64,000 nucleotides of DNA. Source: the human T2T-CHM13v2.0 reference genome, Homo sapiens. Below the pieces are notes generated by a model that did not search any database, was not told the DNA's origin, and was given only the letters and a program-made list of their open reading frames with translations. The stretch lies in the NCBI RefSeq assembly GCF_009914755.1, contig NC_060936.1. One strand, written 5' to 3'. A program made the translations under genes and the position numbers. Every line of letters starts with the position of its first letter. The first letter of the stretch is position 1. Shown here piece after piece: positions 27,226 to 42,849 of the stretch.

Positions 27226-27747
27226 TTTTTTTTATTTCCTATTTTCTTTTTTATTTTTTTCTACTTTAAGTTCTAGGATACATGTGCAGAATGTTCAGGT
27301 TTGTTATATAGGTATACATGTGCCATGGTGATTTGCTGCACCTATCAACCTGTCATATAGGTTGTAAGCTCCACATGCATTAGGTGTTCATCCTAATGCT
27401 TTCCCTACCCTTGCCCCCAAACCCCTGACAGGACCTGGTGTGTGTTGTTCCCTTCACTGTGTCCATGTCTTCTAATTGCTCAACTCCCACTTCTGAGTGA
27501 GAACATGTGGTGTTTGGTTTTCCATTCCTGTGTTGGTTTGTTATGGATGATGGCTTTCAGCTTCATCCGTGTCCCTGCAAAGGATATAATCTCATTTTTT
27601 ATGGCTGCATAGTATTCCACGGTGTACATGTACTACATTTTCTTTATCCATTGTATCATTGATGGGCATTTGGATTGGTTCCATGTCTTTGCTATTGTAA
27701 ATAGTGCTGCAATAATACCCAAAAGAATATAAATCATTCTACTATAA
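27226..27747 (-). mobile_element. L1PA7/8-like 3' end with a small 5' inversion
   Basis: Antisense 3'UTR to ~27713, then ~33 bp in sense (atacccaaaagaatataaatcattctactataa); TSD-like aaacagttaatttt / aagcagttaacttt. Confidence 0.85.
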
Positions 27748-29401
27748 AAGCAGTTAACTTTTATGGGCATCTAAGTGATGATGAAATTTATCTTTGCTAA
27801 TATTTAGAAGTGGTGAGACTTCAGATTATTCAGGAAAGCAATATGACAATTAGGATTGAAACAACATGCTGAAATAATAAATGACTTAATAAATAGATTG
27901 TTGAATCATCATCAAATTCTATCCATGCATGTTGTTTTATTTTATTTTCAATTAAGCATTAAATAAGAGAAAAATTATATAAAAGGTATTGTCTATTTTA
28001 ATGATATCATTATTTTCATTAAAGTTAATAATTGTATTAAGCTTTTATAATATAATAACTTATATTCAAGGAGCCATATAAATTTCATCTAGAAGAGGTG
28101 CTGTTATTTAAAGAGAAAATAAAACATTTAAATCATCCAAGTGTATTGCATACTTGAAATTTGTAAGGAGAGTAGATCTCAAGTGTGCTCACTAAACAAA
28201 AAAAGGTTAGTATTTGTGGTGATGGACATGTTAATTAGCTTGATTGTGGTAGTCATTTCAAAATGTACACATATATCAAAATATCACATTTTGTATGTTC
28301 AGTATATATAAATAATCCCACAAATTTAGACTGTATTACATGCATAATACCTGCTATCTAACCTCAAACTCTACATAGTTTTGTAGAAAACTATGAAAAT
28401 ATTAAGCAGTATAATAAAACTATTATTTTATACTTAATGTATTATCCATTTAATATTGATGATGTAGCTTCCCGGCAAATTACTTAATTTGGCTAGCATT
28501 TAATGTAAATTTATCTAATACATGAAACTGAGAATTATTCCCTTGACCAATTTTTTAACTGATTCTAAAATAAAATTTCCAACTGAATCTAGAAACATCC
28601 TATGTAGACTCTAAAATTAGTAGAATACCAAAGGAGAAAATGTGAGGAAAAAAAATCAACTCTTTTCAAAAAGGAGAAAAATATAAAATGAAAAAGTGAC
28701 ACAGAATTTGCCCTACACTAGTCCATCTACTGACAGAACTTTTCCACTAAAGAAAAGTACGAACAAGAAAGCAGTCAAAGAGGTTCCTTCTCTCACTTGC
28801 TACCTCTTGAACTATATCTCCCTTATGTTCATCATTCTCTTCCCCTTAGAAATTTGCAATTTGAAAAATCTAGATCTCACTAAAGTCTTTCCAAACACAC
28901 ATTGTCTTAATAATCTTAAAATTTGCTTACTGGAAGGTAATCTAATTGTTTTTCTTTTTATCTTTTGGACCATTATTTTAGGTCCATTTTGGACTTGACT
29001 GTCTGGCCTTTATTTGTGGTATTTTTCTATTTGGATGGATAAGTTTCTGTCAATCTCTTTTATTTTAAGTTGCATTATGAAATTTTAACTCTTGACCCTT
29101 TCAAAAGGATCTCTATCAATTTCAATTGCCGGCCTTTTGACATTCAACAGCTTCCACAGACATTCATTTTAAAACTACATCACTGCATTTGAGAACAGGA
29201 GTGCCAAAGAAAATCTGCAGGAAACCAACTAAGGATATGGAGTTTAAATTAGTTCATTACAAGAACAGAAATTCACATTTCTATTGCTCTGTGCCAATGA
29301 CTTTTTTGCACTTGATAAACTCCAAGTTTTTGATAGTTATAGCTGTTATATATCATCTTTTTATTAACGCAATGTGTTTTGTTAAGTGATAATAATCAAA
29401 T

Positions 29402-32481
<3,080 letters not shown>

Positions 32482-35400
32482 TGAGACACATTTTAAGGTC
32501 TATTGCTGAAACAAGTTATCTAAATTTATAATAATTTTATACTCTTGGCATAGGTGGAAATTTTTAAAAGTAAAGTAGATGAATATTTTCAATTTCCTTT
32601 AGTTTGTAGTCCTCTGTGACAAATTTTTTGAACATTAGAGAAGTTGAATGGTAGGCAAACTAGTTAATTGTCATAGCATCCCTTTTTCATTCCTTAGTGA
32701 TATGAGAATTCTTTGTAGTCTCCTTAGGAAAGTGCACAATAATGTGTTCCATCCTCAGTTACACGAACGTAAAATACCTCTCCTGCCCTCAAATGAATTC
32801 CTTCTCTCTATATTACGTATAATTCAGTTTTATGCTAAAATTCAATTGAGAAAGAAATATGTAAATATGTAAAAATATTTAAATTAAACTTTTTTTAGAG
32901 CATGATAAATATGTCCTTAACATCTAACACATTTATTCAATCTGTCATTAAAAAATGCTATTTTTCATGGTTATAAATTTTATGTAGACCATTCTCAATA
33001 ACAAATTTATTGTATCACTATTAATGTCTTCCTGACTTTCCACTTTGTAAAATATATACAATTCAAAAAAGCCATTATCCTGACCTTTTCAATGGTCACT
33101 CTAATTTTTTTTCCAATTTTATTTCAAAACAGAGAATATCCCTAAATCCTCTTTAACTGCAGCCCACTATATAAGAAGTATGTTGTTTTTAGGATAAAAA
33201 ATATTATATTTAGCGATTTTGAATGCTACTTCTACCCCTTGCTTTGCTCTTCTACTATTATGCGTGTTAGTCAATTACAGTACACTGTCGAAACCTTTAC
33301 CTTAAGGTCATTAAAGCGGTCAGACTTGATAAACACTACAGACATCAAAATGGTTATGTCTAATGAGAGTAAAATTATTTATTCATTTTTTACCTCGTTT
33401 TGTATATAGTTACTAGAATCAGATGCCTTTGATCAAATACACTAGTTTGGTTTTAACAGTTGTTAAAAAATTTTCAAGTCTCCTAAGGTGCTGTAGGGAC
33501 ACACTTGAATAAATGTGTTTTTGAATAATATAGAAATTTTGACAAAATTCTCAGTTTTTAGGCACTAAAAACCAGGGATGCAAAAATATGAATGAATAGT
33601 ATTTCCGGACTTGTTTAAATAAATATTCATATAATTAAAAAATAATGCCAAATTTCTCAAGCTTTTGATTTTAAGTAATCAACTAAATTCATTTATTTTC
33701 CAAAAAAAAAGATGTTTTCTGTTATTGATGAGTAAAACTTATAAACTTTTTTATTACTATATGAGGTGCTTTCTTTTTTCTTTACTCAATCAGAAAAGAA
33801 GCCAAGGTTATCAGCCAATAGTCATGTGTTCATACACACATATTTTTATAATGTTCACATATCATGTAACCTTTGTGGCAAGAAAGTTAAGTCTCATATT
33901 CTAGCAAAACCTTCAGTTGAGGGCTCATAACTCACATTGCAGTCCATTAGTCTCAGATAAAGCTTACAATAGCAGACATGATTACTTAAACAGTTCAGGA
34001 ATATATGATGAGGCATTACTCAGCCATCTAGTGTAAGTAATCATAAAAGATATGCCACAGTTTATTACAGTTAAATCAGCAAATGGGTCCTGAAGCACTA
34101 GCAAAATTATTTGCCTTTATATGCACATTCAACTTATCTTTGTAAGTAGAGTCTCATGAAGATAAGAATCATTGAAATTGAAATAGACCAGGAAAAAAAT
34201 ATAGCTTGGCTATCTGATGCTATTATTGATGTAAATTGTAATTTAAGGTCAGGAAAAAAAGAGTTTTACTTTCTCTTTTCCCCTATGAAGATGTAAGATG
34301 CCAAAACATCTTAAAAGTTGGCTTTGATTCACTTGCAGGTGTTAAGAGTTGAATATGAGTAGCCATGGTGATTGAACAAACAAAAAAGTAACGTGAATAA
34401 AGTATACCTTTGAGATTTGAGATTTTATATCAGCCAAAATATGCTGTAATATTTTTAAGATAATTTTTTAAAAATTGGAATGGATGACACAAAATCATAG
34501 ATGTTATTTGATTTTAGAAAGTTATGTTTTCTATTTTTTGGTAAATGGTCATACAAACCCTTTTGTTTTTCTAAAGCCATGAGTTTTTATTTGCTTCGAA
34601 ATTGCATTTTCTGAAAATACTTAAATACATGAGCTACATTTATTTTCTAAGCAATGGCTAAGAAATGATGATATATATTAAAAGCTTTTCTCCAGAATGA
34701 GCTTACAGACAGTGATTAAAATGAAATGACTGATTTTATGGGAAATTATTTTTATAATCATTTAATCAATTCAGGCTTATAGAAATCTCTGTTTATTATC
34801 AAATATAAACACATCTGCAGTTCAACCACAATGGTAATTCCACTCTCATTTTATTGCACTTCAATTGCCATTATGACTACTGTTTTAATTATATTACTAA
34901 AAGGAAACATTATTTAAAGTGACCACAACATAATTTTAAGTTAACCTCCTGAACCTATGTTCATCATGTTAGTGTCATTCTTGGTTGATTTAAAACTTGG
35001 TTCATGGAAAAAGACGTGGATTCTCTCAAAATTCCAACATTTTTGGATCCTCTGTCAGGACTTTGAACTAGAGATAAAAGAGTATAGTTTCAGTAACAGA
35101 CCACATATAGAATGGGCACAACATAGTAAGGAGAGGTCATGATACAGGTCTTTATGATTTGATGCCTCTGTAACAAATGTAGACTCTTCAGCCTCAATTT
35201 TTCTGGTTGTGTGGCAGACTTTGAGTGTCATCTACTGAAAAATAAGTAAGTAGCTTTAAGTCTCATTCTCCATAGATATTTGGCCTTGTAGTGTATACTG
35301 AAGGTTGAGAGGTCTTATTCCACAAAAAAGAGACAATTTTATATTGACAGGTTAAAACATCTCTGCATAGGTTTCAGCATGAGGACCCTAGCAATTAAAA

Positions 35401-36001
35401 ACCTTGCTACAGAAGGCTTATCAAACAAAAGGATACCAAATGTCAGACTTAAGAACCTCAGCTTAAATAAAAATGTAAATAAAACAGAGTAACAATTATA
35501 TGATTTAATGTTGTTATTGCCTGTGTTATTCTTCTATAAAAACTGAATGACTATTTCCACAAATAGACATATCTGCAAGCTAAATGCCCCTCTATGACAA
35601 ACTTGTATTTACATATATCTCCTTTATACTTGAAAACACTTGCTTAATATAGGGTAAGATTATCTCTTACCTGAACTGTTCATGATTGTCAAATTTACAA
35701 TCTAAATTATTAATTTTAAACAATAATAAAATAAGTTTGTGTCAAATAAGAAATTATTTGATGATAGGAAAACTTTAGAATCAACGTAGATAGCAAAGAC
35801 ATATTTCTATATGAACTGCTCAAAAAATCCATTTTACATTTTCCAGCAATCAAAGGTTGACTGTACTTGAATCTACATTCAAAGAATGTAGATTTAATTT
35901 GTAAATGCAACATTCTCTTCTCTCGAAACACAATAGAAACCACTATTAAGAAAGGAAATAAATGCACTATTAAGAGAGGAATAAATAAAAATATATTTGA
36001 G

Positions 36002-36463
36002 ATGTTTATTGCGGCACTATTCACAATAGCAAAGACTTGGAACCAACCCAAATGTCCATCAATGATAGACTGGATTAAGAAAATGTGGCACATATACACC
36101 ATGGAATACTATGCAGCCATAAAAAAGGATGAGTTCATGTCCTTTGTAGGGACATGGATGAAGCTGGAAACCATCATTCTCAGCAAACTATCACAAGGGC
36201 AAAAAACCAAACTCCGCATGTTCTCGCTCATAGGTGGGAATTGAACAATGAGAACACTTGGACACAGGAAGGGGAACATCACACACTGGGGCCTGTCATG
36301 GGGTGGGGGGATGGGGGAGGGATAGCATTAGGAGAAATACCTAATGTAAATGACGAGTTAATGGGCGCAGCACACCAACATGGTGCATGTATACATATGT
36401 AACAAACCAGCACGTTGTGCACATGTACCCTCGAACTTAAAGTATAATTAAAAAAAAGAAAAA
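36002..36463 (+). mobile_element. L1PA4/5-like 3' end (ORF2 C-terminus, 3'UTR, A-tail)
   Basis: MFIAALFTIAKTWNQPKCP...SLIGGN*, G-rich 3'UTR and A-tail; no direct TSD visible. Confidence 0.92.
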
Positions 36464-38400
36464 CTAAACTCAGAAATGTGTAAAAATGAGAAGATAGAAT
36501 TGATTTTATCCAAAGAATGCAAAGATGTTTGATTTTATAAAATAAATGACTGTAATTCTACATTTAACAATTAAAAGCCATATTGTTAAATGCCATAAAA
36601 CATTGTATCAAACTTAATACTACTTCACAATATTTTTAAAAAAGCAACAGACAATAAAGATCTAAAAAAAATGCTGGTGTTCTAATCAAATGATCTGCCA
36701 AAACTCTACAGCAAAAGCTATTCCTTTTTTAACATCTGAAAAGATAGCAAAATACTCTGCAGCACACTGGAACAGGAAGAGTAAACTTATCTAGGACTAA
36801 CTGGACCAGATAATTTGTAGCCAATTATCATGCTAGAAGGTAAATCAGTGCTTTCTATGTAGGAAAAACATAAATGTGGCAAAACTTCCTAGCATGCCAC
36901 TTTATGTATAAGACTTGATCTTACCCCCATTCCCTATTACCAAGTTGAGGGACTGGTGATCCTCCAGCTACAGATACCGAGCTGACAGAACAGGACTGAA
37001 GCTAAGGGTGAAACACATCATATTTCTACTTTGTCCTAGTCTCTGATAACATTAGAGAATGAACTCCTGCTTCTCTAAGTATGTATTCTTGAAGACTCAC
37101 AGTTCAAGGATCACAGTTCCTCTCCTTCTTTTTCAGTCTGACATTATTCTGACAGATTGCCCAGTATTGGTACCAGAGTGAAACAGGCAAATAAACCTTT
37201 ATATCTGTTACCATGCAATTTCTAACAATACACGCTTTTCTAGCAGGCCCTGTGTGCCTGTCCATATTCCACTGTTCCACAACTCTCTCATTTAAGTATT
37301 ATAACAGCATAGCCTATAGAGTGAGACAAGAAAAATAAATACATTGTGTAAAGATTGAAAAAAACGAACAAATATCTCATTATTTGCAGGTAATGTGATT
37401 GTCTACATAGAAAACCTAAAAGAGTATACAGATTATGGCAGATAAAGTAATGCTCTGCAAGTATTCTATCTGTTCCCCCACAGGCTCTGTTACACGTAGT
37501 TAGTCAGGGTCATGTGACTAGCTCTGGTCAGCAATATATGAATGTATATGTAAGTTCTGAGCTGAGGTATTGAAACTCTCATGCAAGATCCCTCAGTGTC
37601 TATTATGCCCTGTTACTTTGAGAAAATTTACGTTCCAGCGGGCACAGATACTAGGTAACAGTCTTCCATCCCCTCTCAATGTGTCAAGTAGAACCTTCCG
37701 CAAAACACAAAACAACAGAAAAGTAGGTGAAGATAATGATAATCTCTGTTATGCAGTAACAAAATAAGGAGTAAAACTGTCAACTGCAATAGGATAATTT
37801 GTAGTTCACAAGTTATAGCTAATGGATGTGTGGCTCAAAGGGAAGAAGCTGGACAAGAAATAGTATCTATTGGTAGATATTGGCTGCTCAGAAAACAATT
37901 GACTGTAAGAAAAATAAAATGTTTCTATTAATCATTTCACCATAAAATAAATAAATAATAAAGTCTACTGAAAGTAGAATGGATAAATACACTATTGTCT
38001 ATTCACACAAAGAATATTATGTGGAAATAAAAAATAGAAGAACATCTATACAGACAGAAGAGGAAAGATCTTAGATCTGTAATATACTGAGAGAAGACCA
38101 TATGGACATTAACTTCAAATACACACAAAAATTAAAGAATACAGTGGTAAATATATGCAAATGAGATAAAGTGTGCACAAATGATATGATAAAGTTTGGC
38201 ATAGTTATTTAGTGGAAGAGGCAGGATGAGAATATTAAAAAAGAGCACATCAATAGGTGCTAAATATTGAAAATATTCAAATTTATAAGTTAAAAAGTGA
38301 GTTCACAAATGTTAATTTTATTATGTTTATTTAATATTATGCTTTATAACATGTGTATTTAAAGGCTTATTACTTTTATAATAAAATATAAATAAAAATG
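36464..38400 (+). mobile_element. Patchy ancient L1M/L1ME fragments with an old MLT1-like LTR (~37440-37765)
   Basis: tttatccaaagaatgcaaag, cattatttgcaggtaatgtgattgtctacatagaaaacctaaa and aatggataaatacactattg are L1-like; gttagtcagggtcatgtgactagctctgg is MLT1-like. Confidence 0.5.
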
Positions 38401-38574
38401 AGAATCACTTCTAAAAATATCAAATGACATTGATATTGTCATGAAGAACATTGACTATCATGTCCATTTGTTATCAAATGAGAAATGTCCCTATTGTATT
38501 CTCACATATATAGAAAGGTGATGCAACACTTCTTTGTGCATTTATACATTTCATTATGCATTTATAAATGTACA

Positions 38575-38730
38575 AATATAGGCTTGAGCAAGTACTCTAG
38601 GATTTGCTCTGTAGGACTAAGGTTTCATCCATACAAAGAGAAGTAAAAAAAAATACACCTCTTGTATGGTTATTGTGAAGATTACGCGATGATGCACAGA
38701 AAGCACTTACCACATTTCCTGGAATTAATG
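38575..38730 (+). mobile_element. MIR fragment
   Basis: ggttattgtgaagatta..gaaagcacttaccacatttcctgg. Confidence 0.55.
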
Positions 38731-38984
38731 TTTTCATTGGTGCTTTCGTATTCATTCATACCATGAAAGATTTAAAACATATATGTCCATGAATGACAAA
38801 ATGTAAACCAAGAGGAAATAGGCAGAAGACTCTTTCAGGACATTTTTCATGACAACTGAAGATAATGAAAATCTTTGTAGGTATGAAGGGAACAGATTAT
38901 ACATTAATGACAGAATATTTTATTATTTTGTAAAAATAAGATTGGATCTATAAATATATTCAAATTATAGATCCAGTCGTTACT

Positions 38985-41900
38985 GTTATTATTATTATTA
39001 TTATTTCAATAGTTTGGGGGTAACGGGGTGTTTTATTGCAGGGATAAGTTCTTTAGTGGTGATTTCTGAGTTTTTGGTGCACCCATCACCTGAGCAGTGT
39101 ACACTGTACCCAATGTGTCATCTTTTATCCCTCACCCCCGACCCACCCTTTCCCAAGAGTCCCCAGAGTCCATTATATATTCTTATTCTTTTGCATCCTC
39201 GTGGCTTAGCTCCCACTTGTAAGTGAGGACCTAGGATGTTTGGTGTTCCATGCCTGAGTTACTTCACTTACTATAATGGTCTCCAACTACATTCAGGTGG
39301 CTGCTAATGCCATTATTTCATTCCTTTTTATGGCTTAGTTGAATACAACTATATATAGTCTCATATATATGTGTGTATATATATATATAACGTTTTCTTT
39401 ATTCACTTGATTGATGGGCATTTCGGCTGGTTCCATATTTTTGCAATTATGAATGGTAGTACTATAAGTATGTGTGCACAAGTGCCTTTTTCAAATAATG
39501 ACTTTTTTTTTTTCCTCTGGGTAGATACCCAGTAGTGGGATTTCTGGATCAAATGGTAATTCTACTTTTAGTTCTTTAAGGAGTCTCCATACTGTTTTTC
39601 ATAGGGGGTTGTACTAGTTTACATTCCTACCAGCAGTGTAAAAGTATTCCCTTTCCACCACATGCATGCCAACATCTATTATTTTTTGTTATTTTTTTTT
39701 AAGTGATGGCCATTCTTGCAGGATTAAGGTGGTATTGCATTTTGGTCTTGGTTTGCATTTCCCTGATAATTAGTGATGCTGAGCATTTTTTCATATGTTT
39801 GTTTGCTGTATATATATCTTCTTTTAAGAATTGTCTATTCATGCCCTTAGCCCACTTTTTGAATGAATTATTTGTTTTTTTCTTGCTAACTTGTTTGGGT
39901 TCCTTGTAGATTCTGGATATTAGTTTTTTTGTCAGATGCATAGTTTGTGAATATTTTCTCTCACTCCGTGGGTGGTCTTTTTTTTGTTTTGTTTTGCTGT
40001 GCAGAAGCTTTTCAGTTTAATTAAGTCCAATATGTTTATCTTTGTTTTCGTTGCATTTGCTTTTGGGTTCTTGGTCATAAACTCTAAGCCTAAGCCAATG
40101 TCTATAATAGTTTTTTTATGCTATGTTCTAGAATTTTTCTGGTTTTAGGAATTCAATTTAAGTCTTTGATCCATCTCAAGGTGATTTTTGTATAAGGTGA
40201 GATAAGGATCCAGTTTCATTCTTCTACATGTGGCTTATCAATTATCCCAGCACCATTTCTTAAATAGGATGTCCTTTCCCCCCCTTATGTTTTTGTTTGC
40301 TTTGTCAAAGATCAGTTGGCTATAACTATTTGCATTTATTTTTGGGTTCCGTATTCTGTTCCATTGGTTTATGTGCCTATTTTTATACCAGTACCATGCT
40401 CTTTTGATTATAATAGCCATGTAATATAGTTTTAAGTCAGGTAATGTGATGCCTCCATATATATATATATAATAATACTTTAAGTTCTGGGCTACATGTG
40501 CAGAATGTGCAGGTTTGTTACATACGTATACATGTGCCATGGTGTTTTGCTGCACCCATTAACTCATTATCTACATTAGGTATTTCTCCTAATGCTATCC
40601 CTCCCCTACCCCAACCCCCCGACATGCCCCAGTGTGTGATGTTCTCCTCCCCATGTCCATGTGTTCTCATTGTTCAATTCCCACCTATGAGTGAGAACAC
40701 GCAGTGTTTGGTCTTTCTGTTCTTGTGTTAATTTGCTGAGAATGATGGTTTCCAGCTACATCCATGTCCCTGCAAAGGACATGAACTCATTCTTTTTTAT
40801 AGCTGCATAGTATTCCATGGTGTGTATGTGCCACATTTTCTTTATCCAGTATATCATTGAAGGGCATTTGGGTTGGTTTCAAGTCTTTGCTATTGTGAAC
40901 AGTGCTGCAATAAACATACGTGTGCATGTGTCTTTATAGAAGAATGATTTATAATCCTTTGGGTATATACCCAGTAATGTGATTACTCAGTCAAATGGTA
41001 TTTCTGGCTCTAGATCCTTGATGAATCACCACACTGTCTCCCATATTCATACTTTTTGCTTAGCCTTGCTTTGGCTATGTGAACTCTTTTTTCTTTCCAT
41101 ATGAATTTTAGGATTCTTTTTCTAGTTCTGTGAGAAAGATGATGGTATTTCAATGATAATTGTGTTGATTTTTTTAAACTGATTTTGGCATTATGGTCAT
41201 CTTCACAATATTAATTCTACCCATCCATTAGCACTGATGTGTTTCAATTTGTTTGTGTCACCTATGATTTCTTTCAGCAGTTTTTTGTAGTTTTCCATGT
41301 GGAAATATTTCACTTCCTTTGCATTCCTAAATTGTTTTGTTTTTGTTTTTGTTTTTGCAGCTGTTGTAAAAGGGGTTAAGTTCCCAGCTTGGTCACTGTT
41401 GGTTTATAGCAGTGCTACTGATTTGTGTACATTGATTTTGCATCCTGAAACTTTACTGAATTTGTTTATTAGATATAGAAGCTTTTTGGATGTATCTTTA
41501 GGGTTTTCTAGGTATACAATCACGTCATTGGCAAACAGCAAGTTTGACTTCCTCTTCACTGATTTGGATGCCCTTGATTTCTTTCTCTTGTCTGATGGCT
41601 ATGGCTAGGATTTTCAGTACTATGGTGAAGTGGTGAAAGTGTGCATCCTTTTCTTGTTCCAGATCTCAGGGGGAATGCTTTCAACATTCCCGCATTCAGT
41701 ATAATGTTGGCTGTGAGTTTGTCAAAGGTGGTTTTTATTACCTTAAGGGAGGACCCATCTATGCTGATTTTTCTGAGGGCTTTAATCAGAAAGGGATGCT
41801 GGATTTTGTCAGATGCTTTTCTGCATCTATTGAGATGATTATATAATTTTTATTTTTAATTCTGTTTAGGTGGTGTTTCACATTTATTAACTTGTGTATG

Positions 41901-42790
41901 TTAATCCATCCCTGCATCTCTGATATGAAACCTACTTGATCATGGTGGATTTTCTTTTAGATATGATGTTAGATTCCATTAGCTAGTATTTTCTTGAGGA
42001 GTTTAGCATCTATGTTCATTAGTGATATTTATCTGTAGTTATCTTTTTTTGGTTAAGTCTTTTCCTGGTTTTGTTATTAGGGTGATACTGGCTTCATATA
42101 ATGATTTAGGGAAGATTCCCTCTGTCTATCTTTTGAAACACTTTCAGTAGGATTGGTACCAATTCTTTTTTGAATGTCTGATAGAATTCAGCAGTGAATC
42201 CATCTGATTCTGGAATTTTTTTATTGGTATTTTTTTATTACTGTTTCAATCGCACTGCTTGTTATTGGTCTGGTCAGAGTTTCTATTCTTTCTGGTTTAA
42301 TCTAGGAAAGTTGTATATTTCCAGGAACTTATCCATCTCCTCTAGGTTACCTAATTTGTGTGCATGAAGGTGTTTATAGTAGCCCTGAATAATCTTTTTT
42401 ATTTCTGTGGTATCGATTGTAATATCTCCAGTTTCATTTCTAATTGAGCTTACTTTGATCTTTTATCTTCCTTTCTTGGTTAAACTTGCAATTTTCTATT
42501 GATTTTGTTTATCTTTTCAAAGAACCAGCTTTTATTTCATTTATCTTTTGTATTTTGTTTGCTTGTTTGTTTTAATTTTATTTGGTTCTGCTCTGATCTC
42601 TGTTATTTCTTTTATTTTGTTGGGTTTGGGTTTAGTTTGGTCTCATTTCTCTATTTCCTTGAGGTGTGAGCTTAGATTGTCCATTTGTGCTCTTTCAGGC
42701 TTTTTGATGTTGGCATTTAATACTATGAACATTCCTCTTAGCACCACATTGGCTGTATCTCAGAGGCTTTGATAGATTTTGTCTCTATTA
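38985..42790 (-). mobile_element. L1PB (PB1-like) 5'-truncated ORF2/3'UTR, interrupted by a younger L1PA
   Basis: (TTA)n tail; ggataagttctttagtggtgatttctgag..ggtgcacccatcacc 3'UTR; antisense ORF2 remnants ([25 protein letters not shown]). Confidence 0.9.
40458..41041 (-). mobile_element. L1PA 3' end nested in L1PB ORF2
   Basis: (TA)n-degraded tail, then tactttaagttctggg..catgtgcagaatgtgcagg; host ORF2 resumes at ccatattcatactttttgc. Confidence 0.88.
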
Positions 42791-42849
42791 TGGTCTAGTT
42801 TATGGTCCACTATTATGGACCTTCTTCAAAATTATATTTTTTACAGACA

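Noticed and set aside
33290-33345. Possible 35-nt minus-strand micro-exon (ctgtag|...cttaag|gtaaag, FIKSDRFNDLK)
   Set aside because: Weak splice signals, no recognisable protein and no partner exons; cannot be supported without conservation or RNA data.
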